From assembly GCA_000708835.1 (NCBI GenBank), contig DF237149.1, positions 1 through 64,000 on the forward strand: 64,000 nt of DNA, given 5' to 3'. The position numbers and the translations under genes are program-made. Source of the stretch: Klebsormidium nitens. Lineage: Eukaryota; Plantae; Klebsormidiophyceae. Under the pieces are notes generated by a model that ran no database searches, was not told the origin of the DNA, and saw only the letters and a program-made list of their open reading frames with translations. Below are positions 24,501-37,230 of the stretch, piece after piece (positions within the stretch are counted from its first letter, which is position 1; the number at the start of each line of letters is the position of its first letter).

Positions 24501-27500
24501 GTCGATGTGGTGTCACTGGGTCTGCGTACAGCACCAGCGGCGCTCCGTTGTCCGCTCGATGCGGGCTTTGGAGTGCACCGCTTTCGGATCCTTGACCTGG
24601 AAACGAAGTGGGTTGCGAGGGGGGTTCAGTGTTGGTATGAGGTGCTGGTTTAGGGTGAATGTTGCTGCGGTGTTACTGGGGTCTCGGTGCAACCAGCGGC
24701 GCTCCGAGGTCAGCTCGACGCAAGCTCGGGAGTGCACCGCTTTCATGTCCTTGACCTGGAAACGAAGTGGGTTACGGGAGGGAGTTATAGTTTGTTTGGA
24801 GTGCCGGTTTCGGGTAAGAAGTTCAGCAAACTTGAAAAGCTTCGTGTTGATGGGCGTATGGATGCAACACTAGCGCCGCTCCGCGGTCAGCTCGGCGCAC
24901 GCTCGGCTATGCCACCGCTTTCGGATTCTTAACCTGGAAAAGAAGTGGGTTACAGGAGGGCTTTGTCATTGGTCTGAAATGCCGGTTTAGGGTAAAACGT
25001 GCAGCAAAATTTTCTGAAAGATTCATATTCATGGGCGCACCGGTGCAACACCAGCGGCGCTTTGCAGTCAGCTCGGCGTTCGCCTGGAGGTGCACCAATC
25101 TCGAATCCTTGACCCGCAAAGGAAGTGGGTTACTGGAGGGCTGTTCCGTTGGTTTGAGGTGCTGATTTAGGGTGAGGAGTGCAGCGAATTGGACGTTGAT
25201 TCTGCATTACGGGCATGGAGTATCGGCACATGGCCGCAAGGTGCAATCAATGCGACCCTATTATTTGCGGGCTTAGTGAGAGTGATGCACGAGTGTGGCG
25301 TCTACCCTTCGTAAAAGACACAGGCCAAGTGCTAGCTCTGGGATACAACCAGAACCAGATTTGCTGGTGAGAAAAGCGCCTGACGATGACCATATCAAGA
25401 CGTACCCGGAAGTGACGAAACAACATCAAAGAGCAAATGCGGAACACTCACGGTGTGGCTCTCGTCCAGTACGATCCGCCACCAATTGACGGCGTGCAGC
25501 GGCGACAGCCTGCCATGCTCCTCCTCGGTTAGCGGCTTGTTATCTCCGGGTTCCCGGAACGCCCACCTCCGTTTCGTGCACTGGTTGAAGTCCGAGCCGA
25601 GAGTTGCGTATGTCGTGACAACCTGTACCAGTCAAGTTTTGGCAGCGCTCTGAAAATGGACCCTCGGTTTTTTGCAGAGTCATTTAGCGGTTTGTTATTT
25701 CTGGTTCCCGGATCGGCCACCTCCGTTTCGTGCACTGGTTGAAGTCCAAGCCGAATGTCGAATACGGTGTGACAACGTGTACCAATCAGGTTCTGTCAGC
25801 GCTCCAAAAATTGATTCTCGATTATTCGCAGAGTCATTCAGCGGTTTTGTTATTCGCGTTACGCCCACCTCCCTTTTGTGCACTGATTAAAGTTCAAGCC
25901 GAGAGTTGCATACGTCGTGACAACCTGTACCAGTCAACTTTTCTGAGCGCTCCAATACTTGGCCCTCGGAGTTAAGCCTCGTAAGGAGGGTCGTTGTGCG
26001 CAGAGATCACTGTTTCTGCCAAATTCTAAGCCTGTCTATAATAGGAAATGAAGAACACGTCAGCTCGACGCAACTTCAAGGACAGACGACTTGTGACCAG
26101 TAGCTTATGCACGAAAACGCTGCGGCTTGACGTCTCCAACGGTTTGCGTATACGGGTACAGATTCCACTTTTGACTTCAATGTACGAAACCGCTCACCGC
26201 CAATTGCGTTCGAGCGTTTGAGGCCAAGAGCTAAAGGAACGGACGAGGCGAGACAAAGTTGCAAACTCACGATGTCCTGGCGGGCCAGGAAGAACGGGTC
26301 GCTCGAGCGGCCTTGTCCGTGGTATTTGTACATGTTGATCGGGGCGCTGAGCTTGCCTTTCGCCTCTGAGATCCATTGCCCCACCAGCGAGACAGCGCAA
26401 ACAACCAGGGTGGCCTTGGAGGGCACTCCCCCGGCTGGTATTGGGGGGGTGGGCTGTTGAATTGTTACTTGAGGAGTGAGCTGAGGGGGGTTGGGGTGCG
26501 GGTTTGCGAGGATGAGGGCCAGGATCTCGACGGTCTTGCCGAGGCCCATCTCCTGGTGATGAAAGAAGGAATGTCGATAGTTTAGGGAGCTTAATATGGT
26601 TCAGAACATGGAGAAGTTCTGTTCAAGGTTCGTTGAAGCGGGCCATGGGTTCGTTTTGGTATGGATTGCAGTATTTGACACTTGGAAGATCTCGAAACAG
26701 AAGTGTTTCCTTCTCTGGCGTATTGTGATGACGGAGTGCTTATGAGCCTGAGTTTGAAATGCTTTGGCAGCAGAGGAACTTGAGGATGTGAGCCAAGCTT
26801 CTGAGAGCCAGAACCCTTCCGTTTCGTCGATCTGTATTCTACCTATCCAAGAAGCAGAGCGAGTTTGCAAAGAGGTCTGGAAGCTTCAACGAAAGTGGAC
26901 AGCCAAGCGGAGCGCACAATTCTGCCTGAAACGAATACTGAGGGGCAGAAGCCGATCCGAATGCTGGCTGGATGCTCGACCTACGGTCGAGCAGCCGCAA
27001 AGCGGGCCGAACAAATACCAGTCTCGAGACCTCTCCACAAGGAACTGCAGTCTGTCGTTGCCAGATTTCAAACCCCGACTCAAGCGCCCAATGAGCTCCA
27101 ACGCTTACCTCGCACAAGAAGCCGCCGGTGGTCGGCGGGGGCAGCGTCCCCTTGGTGACTAACTTGAGCCTTTGCAGGGCGGGGCAGTAGAAGACGTCCT
27201 CTTCTGCCGTGCCGGCCCCCGGGATCTGGCGCCACATCAGCCCGTGGAAGCCGCCATCCCGCCGCTCACTGTAAGATGCACCGCTTATTGTCAGCTCATC
27301 AGCAGTGAGAACGTGTGCGAAGCTGGGGTAGTTTTCCTTTGCGGAGGTGCAGAAGCTTCAAAACTTTGCAAGCGCGCAGAAAGCATTAGGGAGGGTTCCT
27401 TGAGCTGATGCATTTTGAGATGCACTCGTGTCGCATGGATTTCCAGGGTGCTACTTCTACTAATTGGTATGATGAGAAGGCTGAACTAACGAGATCTCTA

Positions 27501-30500
27501 ATAGAGTACGGGAAGACTCTTACCAGATTTATAGACTTCGTGTATGAGGAGTATATTTACAGTTGGAGCGATTGAAAAAGATGCAATCTGAGCAGAACCA
27601 CTAGTCTTAACGAAGAGTTTGAAATTCATCATCAGGTTTCAAAAGACGGAGGCGCTCTTACTTGTCTAGCATGAAGCGCAGGCTCTGCCTCTGGTACGGC
27701 CGGAGTGTGACGCCCAGCCCGTCTGGTTGCGGCTCTTCCGGGTAGCTGGTGCTCTGCACCTTTTCCAGCAACGCATCGAAGCTCCTGATCCTAGTCACAG
27801 CAGGATTCGATTCCAGCTGCCTGCACGGATTGGCGAAATTACACGAATCAGCACGGACCAGGATCCGGCCAGAAGAATACTGAGGTCCTGGCTAACGAGG
27901 AGCTTCATTTCGTGGCAGCAAATGTCAGAAGTGGACCTTTTTTTGCAAGGTTGAATCGTCGTGATGTCTTCTGCTCCGTGCAACTTCAGTAAGAAGCTTT
28001 CTTACGTGAGTTGTCAGGAGAATGAACGTTGCTTTGACTGAGGGTATCTTAGTTTCTCAAAGTTGGCAAAAAGCGAGAGCGCAGTCCCATCGAGAACCAA
28101 AAGTCAAAAAAGGATCTCAAAGAGAGGGTTTCGAACCAGCCATCGTATGTCCAACGACAGACTCTGTTCAGCCGCAACCGCTTTTCTGATCTGACGCATC
28201 TCTGATTAATCCATCCTACATTGGTCTAGGTATGTCAGTGCCAATGCCTCACCTCAGCTCCTCAATCTGTTCGCAGAGCACCGGGTCGTCTTTGCACAGG
28301 TGGACCAGCGCCTTGGCTTGTGCGATCCGGGAGCTTTCGTCAAAGAGGCGGCGCAGCTGGAATAGCTTGATATTGACAGTCCCGCGCCGAGGGTTGTTGC
28401 CGCTGGGACGGACTGACACCGCAACACGCACGGCCGGCTGGTCACCCACCTTGAAGGTGCGCATGCGGGCCCTGCATGGCAAGAATTTTGACATCTGGTG
28501 TCAAGACCAGACACTTTTTTCGCTGCCAGGTAATGCTTTGAAGTACTAAGAGATGCAGGCATGCAAGGACTTACAGAAATGCATCCCGGAAATAGGACAT
28601 GAGTACGCAAATCCTGTGGAGAGGAATGCTTGGTGTCTGAGCAATGATCAAGAAGCATGAATGATCCTGGCCCATCTATTTCGTTAGGTGACAGGTCTCG
28701 CAGTCGCAAAGTCGGTTTTTCACCTGATCTCTGCAATGAGGCAGTCAAACTCCATCTGCTTGGGCCTCTTATTCCGTGGTAGATCCTGTTCGCCAGTGTC
28801 AAAGCGGAAGTACCTGCAAGTACAGTATTTGAGATTCGTTGAAGAAGCCAACTTGCGTATATGATCTCAGCTGCTTTTTTCAGAAAACAACTGTAGAACA
28901 TGAAATCTTCATCAGGAAACTCACGAAGCGCGATGCTCCAACTCAGACCATTGGCGTATGCTTGCGCTCAACTGAAGGACAACAGCAGCTAGCAAGATTG
29001 CAAAAGCATCAAACTGCCCCGCTCCTGCATAGCTCAAATGGACAAGATACTACCTAGCAACAGATTTGGGAGCAAGGGCTTCGTGTGGGAGTTGGCTAGC
29101 AGATTGAGCGTCTAAGCCTCCCACTTACACCATCTTGTGCTTCTTGTAGGTCGCCCCTTTGACCGGCAGCATGTCCATATGGAAGAGGCCTAGACCGAAT
29201 GGCGCATGAGTGGGGGGCAGATTTACAAGGTCGTACTCAGCCCTTGCGGCGACCGGGATGCTGACGGTGCCAAGCGGAATGTACCTGCAGCCAGCCAAGT
29301 CCACTTTCAATCGCTTCCAGGTAACCGCATTAATATGCTCCCTTAGATTCCACTCATCTAGTTGCATAAAGGCTTGGGAAGGGGAGGACTGTCATAACCG
29401 GCTGCAAGAATGCTTAAATCCAGGCCATGAACAAATGCTGAATCGATTCACCAGATTGTAGCAGATGGTCGCCGAAAAGCTGCAGTAAACCGATTTTCGA
29501 CCTGGTTTTGTTCAAAGTTAAAAGTTGTACAGCCCCAGGACTGATGAGCAAAGTTGCAACGCGAAAAGTCGGGAAGCTTGCCCAGATTAGGCACAAACCC
29601 AAACGGGTCACAAAAGCCTGTGTGCTGAAAATTGGCATTCTAAAGAGTAGACTGCTCTCTACACGGCACACACGCATCACTAGCATCATTTGGCGTAAAG
29701 GCAACCTGGTGAGGAATCCAACGACAAGAAATCACTTACTCTTTGTCCGAGTGCGGGTCTTCCAAAGGGGGTTGATCTGCTGTCCAGGGCCTTGCGGAGG
29801 GACCCCCTTGCGCAGAGCTTGGCCCCGCACTGCTTGGTTGCACCACGGGCACTGGCCTTCTAGGAGCGACGCTTGGACGAACTGGATCATTCCGCTTAAG
29901 GCTGTCCATAAATGCCTTATGCGCGGTGTTCTGCTCTGGAGGGTTCTGCTGAGACGCGCTCTGTGCTGGAGGGTTCTGCTGAGACGCTCTCTGCGCTGGA
30001 GGGTTCTGCTGAGGCATGTTTTGTGCTGGACGGTTCTGCTGAGGCCCGGCCTTGTTCTTTGCAGCCGTTCGTTTCTGTTGCCAGTGCCACGCGTCGTAGG
30101 CGTTGCAGTGGTCGTCCTCCCGGATGCCCGTGCCCCATTGGAGACACTGAGACTGGGGCTTGTCGCAGACGTAGCAAAAGCACTGCAACAAGCCACGAGG
30201 GTCCCTCTTTATCAAAGCGAAGGAAGTAATACATTCAATATGATCCCACAGGCTTGACATGGGCACCAGGCCAGGCAGATCAGGCCATTACGCATGAAAC
30301 ACTCAATTGATCACGTCAATTATTTGAACTGCAATGTTAAGTAGGTGAACATCATAAGGCTTGGTGATGCTGCATATTCTCCTTGTGTTAGTAGGCACGT
30401 CTAGGGATGTCGGTAGTCAGCATTGAACTGCAACCACCATTGTACATCAATTCCTTCAGCCAAAAGGACTCACTTTGCATAGAGAATGCTGTCCAAGGAA

Positions 30501-31142
30501 TTGAAAGCTTGGAGACATGCCCAACATACATTTCATCGGTTTGCCTTGTTCAGCAACTTCCCTTTGAGGATCACCAAGCCGAAAGGGTTCAGAGATCGAC
30601 AAGGTCTATGCAATGTATCTTGGACTCAGAAGATGGCACACATCAAGAGTATTCTATAGAATGGGCGAATCGCCAACGCTGGCTTTCTTGAGTCCATCAA
30701 GATTCTCTTTCTTTCCAAAAAGAAGATGCACAATGCTAGTAAGGATTCTCACCTGCTTGCAGCACGCTGCGTTCTGCGCCGACTTTTTCTTCACAAAGGG
30801 GTGGGTTCCACACAATGATCGCGGGTGTGGAAGATCCCTCAGCGCTGCCCCATCGCCCCGAGCGCCTGTCATTACAATGTCAGCGTCATCATCGTCAATG
30901 TGATTCATGGGGATCGCCGCCTCCCCAGGCCGCCTCGTGAGCAGCTCACAGTCTTCATTTCCCGCACCAAGAGATGCGCTACCCTCTTTCTTCTCCAACT
31001 TTGGCTTCTTCTCTGTCCATGAGAAGACATCCCCATCCCGCAATGGCCTCTTGTTCGGTCTGGAGGAAACTGCTGCTTCTTCTTCATCGCTGTCGTCTAT
31101 TACGATCACAGCGCGCTTTTTCACGTTTGCCTTTGAATCCAT
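18581..31142 (-). CDS. SNF2-family helicase with embedded C3HC4 RING (RAD5/HLTF/SHPRH-like), 1176 aa, with N-terminal Cys/His domain
   Basis: 19 phase-consistent exons: 31142-30753, 30182-29740, 29284-29129, 28813-28724, 28613-28575, 28471-28253, 27784-27662, 27268-27109, 26552-26271, 25622-25452, 24258-24007, 23532-23303, 22841-22656, 22049-21895, 21200-21088, 20696-20559, 20177-20070, 19438-19260, 18677-18581. Motifs LRPYQ, GGFLCEEMGLGKT, WWRIVLDESH, RRWCCTGTP, RING CGICLD..PCKHWFCHECL..CPICR, LIFSQF, EDQAVGRAWRMGQ. The small exons at 28253-29284 are the least certain. Confidence 0.9.
24175..25165 (-). repeat. Acceptor-side echo array: 6 copies of [intron 3' end + VKDPKAVHSR...RRWCC exon start]
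   Basis: Exon-start positions 24258 (functional), 24427, 24596, 24755, 24933 and 25113; periods 169, 169, 159, 178 and 180 bp. Confidence 0.93.
25540..25955 (-). repeat. Acceptor-side echo array: 3 copies of [intron end + VVTTYATLGSDFNQCTK exon start]
   Basis: Exon-start positions 25622 (functional), 25776 and 25924; periods 154 and 148 bp. Confidence 0.9.
29931..30045 (-). repeat. 30-nt coding tandem repeat x4 (QQNPPAQxAS-like) in SNF2 exon 2
   Basis: (g/c)ggttctgctgag recurs at 29941, 29971, 30001 and 30031. Confidence 0.85.
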
Positions 31143-31894
31143 GGCAAGAGGCTCACAAACAACGCTGATACAATGCAGACAGGTCAACCTGATGGAAGTG
31201 CCGCCACATGAAATTGTCGTTTCTTGCTGCGTCTTCTGTTCACTGCACCCTCAAAGTTTAGGCTTCAGGCAGAACAACGACACGTCTTCAACGTGAAAGC
31301 GTGTCATCAAGGATTGCCGCCCCCTTCCAGTCTGAAAATGGTTTCTCCTTCGTTCTTTCACGCCAAAGGTACTAACGCAGCTTTGCCTACAGCCTCAAGC
31401 TACATCCAACAGCCTACAGAATGCTCCAAGGGATCAACTCAACGTTCAGATTGATGTGAAAACCTTTAAGTTTTGAAGATTGCTCTGCTTTCTTTACTTT
31501 TGACCGATTTGGTCTATAAAGCGGAGTTCCGCTGAGCCTGTTCACACCACAACCGCCAACAGTAGACGGGAACTTCATATTTTCCCGCCAGTTTCTCCCG
31601 TTGCTTTTCAAACGTCCACATAGCGATCGAAAAGCGGCGCGTCGAAGCTGGTCGAAGCTACCTCTGATTGTGTCTTGCAGGTTGGGTTTCGACGACGAAT
31701 CCATACAAAGGGATTGCCCTTCAAATGCATGTCGATGTAGCCGCTTGCCAGGCGGAATCACATACGGTATACGGTACCTACCTACTGGGTACTAGGTACC
31801 TAGTCTCTTACACCGCAACATGTCAACTGTGCAGCTGGTCGGACGAGCTTGTCCGAATGCTTGCAAACTTCAATGCAAAGACATTCGACATTCA

Positions 31895-32130
31895 ACATTC
31901 AACAATCGGGTTCGCGGCTAGCGTAAAGCTTTCCAAGCCAATGCATGTAAGTTCAATAAGTTGCACCTCGGAAGTCCTTTTGAACAGTGCATCCAACATC
32001 ATGATGCTGTTGTAGTACGAATCTGCCTCTGACAACGTCAAATTCAACAGACCACTTAGGATCCATTCGAACAAGGCATTTCGCCTGTCATTGCAGAATG
32101 CTCTTGCTCGGAAATAAGCACCAATACACC
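31895..32130 (-). pseudogene. Cyclin N-terminal box-like fragment (probable remnant or divergent exon)
   Basis: Translation RRNALFEWILSGLLNLTLSEADSYYNSIMMLDALFKRTSEVQLIELTCIGLESFTLAA resembles the cyclin-box pattern R..L..W(I/L)....Y..I..LD....L..IG..S..LA. A stop follows shortly after. Judged by eye only. Confidence 0.35.
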
Positions 32131-32563
32131 TACGACTCCATGTTTTGAAAGGTGGACATGTAGGTACTCATAGGCCCCAAGATAGTTTCAATCGAAAGGG
32201 GTTTGACCTGCATGGTTACACGGTAAGCTAATCATGCAAGCCTCCCAACTCAACCAACGTCGCCAAAGTATACCTTCAGGAAACAGTGGACAGCCCATGT
32301 CATCGAGTTGGTTACAGGGAGGTGAAGCTTTTCGATTTGGTGGGTATCCATCTCTTGCTAAGGTGGAAACTGTCGCTTCAAATCATTGGAACGGATCAGT
32401 ATTGGGAAGGCTCTTTAGCCCGCTGCCTTCTCACAGACTACGATACAGCAGATAAATCGGAGTAAACGTCCTCAACACGATTTGATTTACCAAAGCTGCC
32501 TAAGCACTTGCGACTAACTCACCCAAGACTGCCTTGCTATGTACAAAAAGGACAGAAAAGTTG

Positions 32564-35500
32564 CTAACGAGGTTGAGGCGTTTGTTTTCCGGCGGAGCCT
32601 GATGAACCACCAGGTAGTTTGGACGCTATGCTCTGCATGTTGAAACCGAAAACGTGAGCATGGGCCGTTAACAGACAGCAGATGAATTCGGAATGATTGC
32701 CGTGGTGGTAACCCTTCTCTGTTGCAAGCACACTGCTTTCTGCCCAGGGAAAGGAACGCAGTCGAGCGCAGTGTTTTCAGTGGGTGTTATGCTCAATAGG
32801 CCGACAGCACAACCGAAAGGATGAGAAAAAGAACCGCGAGCAAAATACGGAGCGGTGGACGCAGCGGTCAGAGTGACAGATTGAGTAAGGTTTCTGGTGC
32901 TCGCTCATCGGAAAAATCAATACTTTTCAAGATCCAGTGAGGATAAGGAGATCAGATCTGGGTCGGACGATAAAGTGCTTGACAGCTGGTAATTAGAGCT
33001 TCGTCGGGTTTCAACAAACACTCTAATCATATCGGTTTGAGAGTCAACTCATTTTAGAAGATTTCAGAATCGGCTGCATCTAGGAGCTCACCTGAAACAA
33101 CTCTTGGATGTTGTCAGCCGTCTTGGCTGACGTTTCGATGTAGAACATGCCGTTGCTCTCTGCATACGTCTCCGCCTCCTGTCATTACAAGATGGTAGAT
33201 TTTCATCAGACCTGGACTTGGCATTTGAGTTGGCCAACCCAACAAGACCCAGCATGAAAGAAAGGTCCCGAAAGTTGAAAAGTTTGACTACCTTGCAAGA
33301 GGACATTCATCGACAGGGAGACGTTCATTCTGAGTGGACTCTCTGATTCAATAGCGGCTTCAAACAGCATTGTTTGGCAGTACGATGCAAACCTCGATCG
33401 TTCGCGATGAGACTTTTCGGATCGAAGGCGTTCTTCCTTCCCTTCCGAAAATAATTCGGCACGGGTGCCAATATGAACGGAGGTATTGACAAGCAGATGA
33501 AGCAGAGGCACACGACCCTAGAGAAACCAAATCCCAACGAAAGTTTCCGAGGGGTGCCCGGAAAACGAACAGTACCACAGGAAATGGTCAAACCTTGACG
33601 AATCGGAAGATGACAGCGCATATGGAGGCACACAAGGTGACGTCCCGGTACAAATACTCCTTTTGGGTAGATAGCATGACTCCCAAGTAGGATAAGAGCC
33701 CCTCCGAGGAAGGAGTGAACTCATAACATAGCGGAGAAACACAAACGCCCCGCACCCTTAACCACCCTAAACCCGTACCCGTTACCTGGGCGGTGCCCAT
33801 ATGCTACCCACGGACAACCGGACGCCTCACCTCTCGCTGCAGCGCACGCTTGTCCGCAAGGTCCGCTTTGTTTCCGACAAGTGCGATCACGATGTTCGGG
33901 CTCCCGTGCTTTTGGAGCTCCTGCAGAGAGACCGATTGACGACGTCAGCTATATCAGTATGCTTCTCATATTCCGCTGGACATTTGGCCAATGCTTTTGC
34001 AAACTCCTGCACAGTGAAGCATCCGACAACGTCAGCAGCCTCAGAGACTCCCTTCAGGTTTAGCGTCGACCAAAAAGTGCGTTGGTCTCTAGTCTCTCTC
34101 TTTCAAGCAAAGGCAGGTGCACTTCTCCAGCTGGAGTGACGTGCGACTTCATATNNNNNNNNNNNNNNNNNNNNNNNNNNNNNNNNNNNNNNNNNNNNNN
34201 NNNNNNNNNNNNNNNNNNNNNNNNNNNNNNNNNNNNNNNNNNNNNNNNNNNNNNNNNNNNNNNNNNNNNNNNNNNNNNNNNNNNNNNNNNNNNNNNNNNN
34301 NNNNNNNNNNNNNNNNNNNNNNNNNNNNNNNNNNNNNCCTGACCCACGAGAGCTACCCAAGCCTTCTTTATTGTTGTGAACGCTTGGACGAGCACAGGTG
34401 AAGCGCGTCGAAGACCAAGAACCAACAGATGTCCAGGCCATAGAGGCTAGTTTTCATCAGCGTGGAAAGATTACTCGATAGGACATCGACGCCATACCGA
34501 GTGTATGCGAGTAGCGGCTTGCAGGGAAGAACTAAGCGATCAGCCAAAAGAAGTAAGTTGGGCATGCGACAAACCGGGAGGGGCTGGTCACTTCTCGGCA
34601 GGACAAACGCACCTTTACCCAATACTGCGCCTTTTGAAAGGACTCCGGAGCCGTTATGTCGTACGCTACTATAGCGGCTGAAGCTCCTCGATAATAGAGG
34701 GGAGCCAGGGAAGCGTACCTGCGGGAGACAGCGTGCAGCTTGTGAGACCGCTCCGTTGTCAGAGGCTTCTGGTCACATTTTCGTGTTCGGGTAAGGATGA
34801 TGGCGCTCTTAAAGAGGAAAGGGGGATGCTGTTATCTGGACACTGACGGCAAAAGCAGAAGAAGTTGCAGCACAGCAAATACGGATAAGCATCGCCTTAT
34901 GTCGACCGAAGGCACATTCTCCGGTAATTTTCGGGTCGGTGACCCGGTTTCTTGGTGAACAAAGGCATGACTGGTCCTAACCCATTAGCGACAAAAAGAC
35001 GAAGCAGGACATAGACTCACCGCTCTTGACCGGCTGTGTCCTGCAGTAGCACAAGATGGAAGCGTCAGTGACTGTACCCGCTGGCTAGTGCGTCTAAGCT
35101 GCGGTAGTTTCGATCACCTTACAAAACATCAGCTTCGCTCATTCTAAAGGTCAGCTTCGACAAACACGTGGCAGAGGTGCTTGAGACGGTGTTATACACT
35201 ATCTACCAAACACTTCTGGCAGGCGTCTTGCATTGTTCAAAAGTTGTGGCCCCTCTTTCTGATCCAGAAACCTAACTTGCACCAAGGCGCGAGCAAGGCA
35301 CGAACCGATTTGGGTCCTGAGCAACAAATTTCGTCTGAATTGAGAGACGTTTGTAGCTGACGTTCCCAGAGAACCTCGTCTAGCATAAAAAGTGTGCGAC
35401 CCTTCACGGGTTTTGCAAAAGGGTCAAGCGATCGAGGCGTCCAGAGATGAGAAACACAATCAAAACCCCAGGTTCCTATATCCCTGATGCTGGCCGACAC

Positions 35501-37230
35501 AGCGCATGTTTTGGTTGTTGCTGACCAGCTGGAAAGCTGAACTTACCCAAATTTCAAACTTGATGGTCGATTCTCCGAGCTTCAACGTTTGGGACAGGAA
35601 AGAAGCGCCTACAGTGACCTGCAAGCTTTGAGGGAGAAAACATTAGGACGCTGAAACAGAGGAATAAAATCTGACAACTGGGTGTCAGAAACGACTAAGT
35701 TGGACAGCTGCGAATTGCTCGAATCTGAACGCCTCCGCAAGCTATCATACGATGGCTTGTTGAGAAGAGCAAATCTCCGGGTCAAAGGTTCCCTCGAGAA
35801 ACCTCTTGATACTCCCTGTTCTATTTGTTGTGCGTTGGAAGGGGATGTTTTTCACCTTGTTGTTTGGATCGAACTGGCCCTTGACAAATCGCAGGACTAT
35901 GCAGCTCTTCCCCACGCCTGAGTCTCCAAGGAGCACCAGCTGCAGACAAAAGAACAAGCGTTTCAATAAATCAAATCCGCTGCGATTCATAGAGTTGTCT
36001 GAACTACAGGGTAGTTGAGCTCAAGACGTAACATGGGCAAAAGGGCAGCACAAATCGGCCACGGACAGTAAAGCGCCGAGCAAAACCAAGCGCACCCAAA
36101 ACTGCAGTCAGGGAGAAGTCTCATTGAAATTGCTCCAAGGAGCCCAACAGTAATGGCAAATCTGATAGGAGCGGAAGATTCTACTGGGCTGCCTTTCTCA
36201 CACGGCCTTTTTGCCTCCAAAAGTCGTTGGCAAGAAAAGGGCAATCTCGTAGACCTTAAAAGGACGCCCTGCTTGGCAAGATAGAAGAACCCACCTTCAC
36301 TCGCCGGTTCTTCAGGTCCAGGGACTCTGCTTCTCTCCCTAAACTTTGGAGGCCCCCCTGCTGCTGCTGGGTGACTGGAACAAGGAGTAGCAGTAGCTTT
36401 AGTAACACCAAATAACACGTCCAGGTCCATTGCGACATGAGGTACTGTGTAACTTTGGAGCTTGAACGTTTGTGCTTCAAGGGAGATAAACTGCTTCAGT
36501 GGGTTCTCTGACAATTCAAGTTGACCTTGAGTCAGACTTGCTGCAGACAGTAATCCGAGAGTAGAAAAGCTGAGCTCTTCAAAACCGCGTACTTGGATGG
36601 ACTGGGAGCGATGTGCAGACGACAACCGCTGCTAGTCTGAGCTGGGCTACACTTGACCCTAAATCAACACTTGGTGAGGCTGCTGAAATTGGACTTTCTG
36701 ATGGGGAGCCAGACGACAGCAAGACGCCATGTCCAAGCCAAGCGGTTGGGGGGTTGAAATCACATCAACCGATCAGCCATTGGAGGCCAAAGGTGAGGTC
36801 AAGCAGAGCCGCAAGGGCAGGCAACATGCAATCGTGAAGGCGCCTGCTTTTCAAAGAAAACAATGTGCCACCAAACAGTCAAACAGAATGTGGGAGGCCC
36901 TGCTCAGTCAGCGGTAGCTAGGACTGACAGGATCACCTTTTCTGCGCTAACCAAAAAATCTTTTGGTTCGAAGCAGTGAAAAATTGAAGCCTCGACACTT
37001 TTTCCTAGGGTTCGTCCAGGCAAGGGCACCTCCAGGCAGCTTACACAAGTGTACGCTCGTTTCTAGCCATCAAACAACAGGGTCAAACTGGCTGCTATAG
37101 GGTCCCCCCCTTAACACGTGTTCGCACCACTTATGAATGGGTACGTCTTTATTGAAAACATGATCAAAAGCTCTTCAAAAAATCAAGCTAGCTCCTTTGA
37201 CTCACCTGGCTTGCTGGTGGAACAACCCAT
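32564..37230 (-). CDS. ARA6: RabF1/ARA6-type Rab5 GTPase, 210 aa
   Basis: Exons 37230-37206, 36374-36295, 35939-35856, 35618-35547, 35040-35021, 34718-34613, 33920-33831, 33178-33092 and 32632-32564. N-terminal MGCSTSK acylation motif, [44 protein letters not shown]; no C-terminal prenylation Cys. Confidence 0.95.
34155..34337. other. Assembly gap (run of N) inside an ARA6 intron
   Basis: 183 consecutive N. Confidence 0.99.

Noticed and set aside
24175-25955. CRISPR-like or satellite interpretation of the SNF2 intron repeats
   Set aside because: The units are copies of the adjacent exon/intron junction without unique spacers, the context is eukaryotic, and there are no cas genes.
28254-28901. 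215-aa minus-strand ORF as an independent gene
   Set aside because: It overlaps three phase-consistent SNF2 exons and their introns in a different frame.
29508-30257. 249-aa plus-strand ORF with repeats
   Set aside because: It is the antisense of SNF2 exon 2 and its 30-nt repeat.
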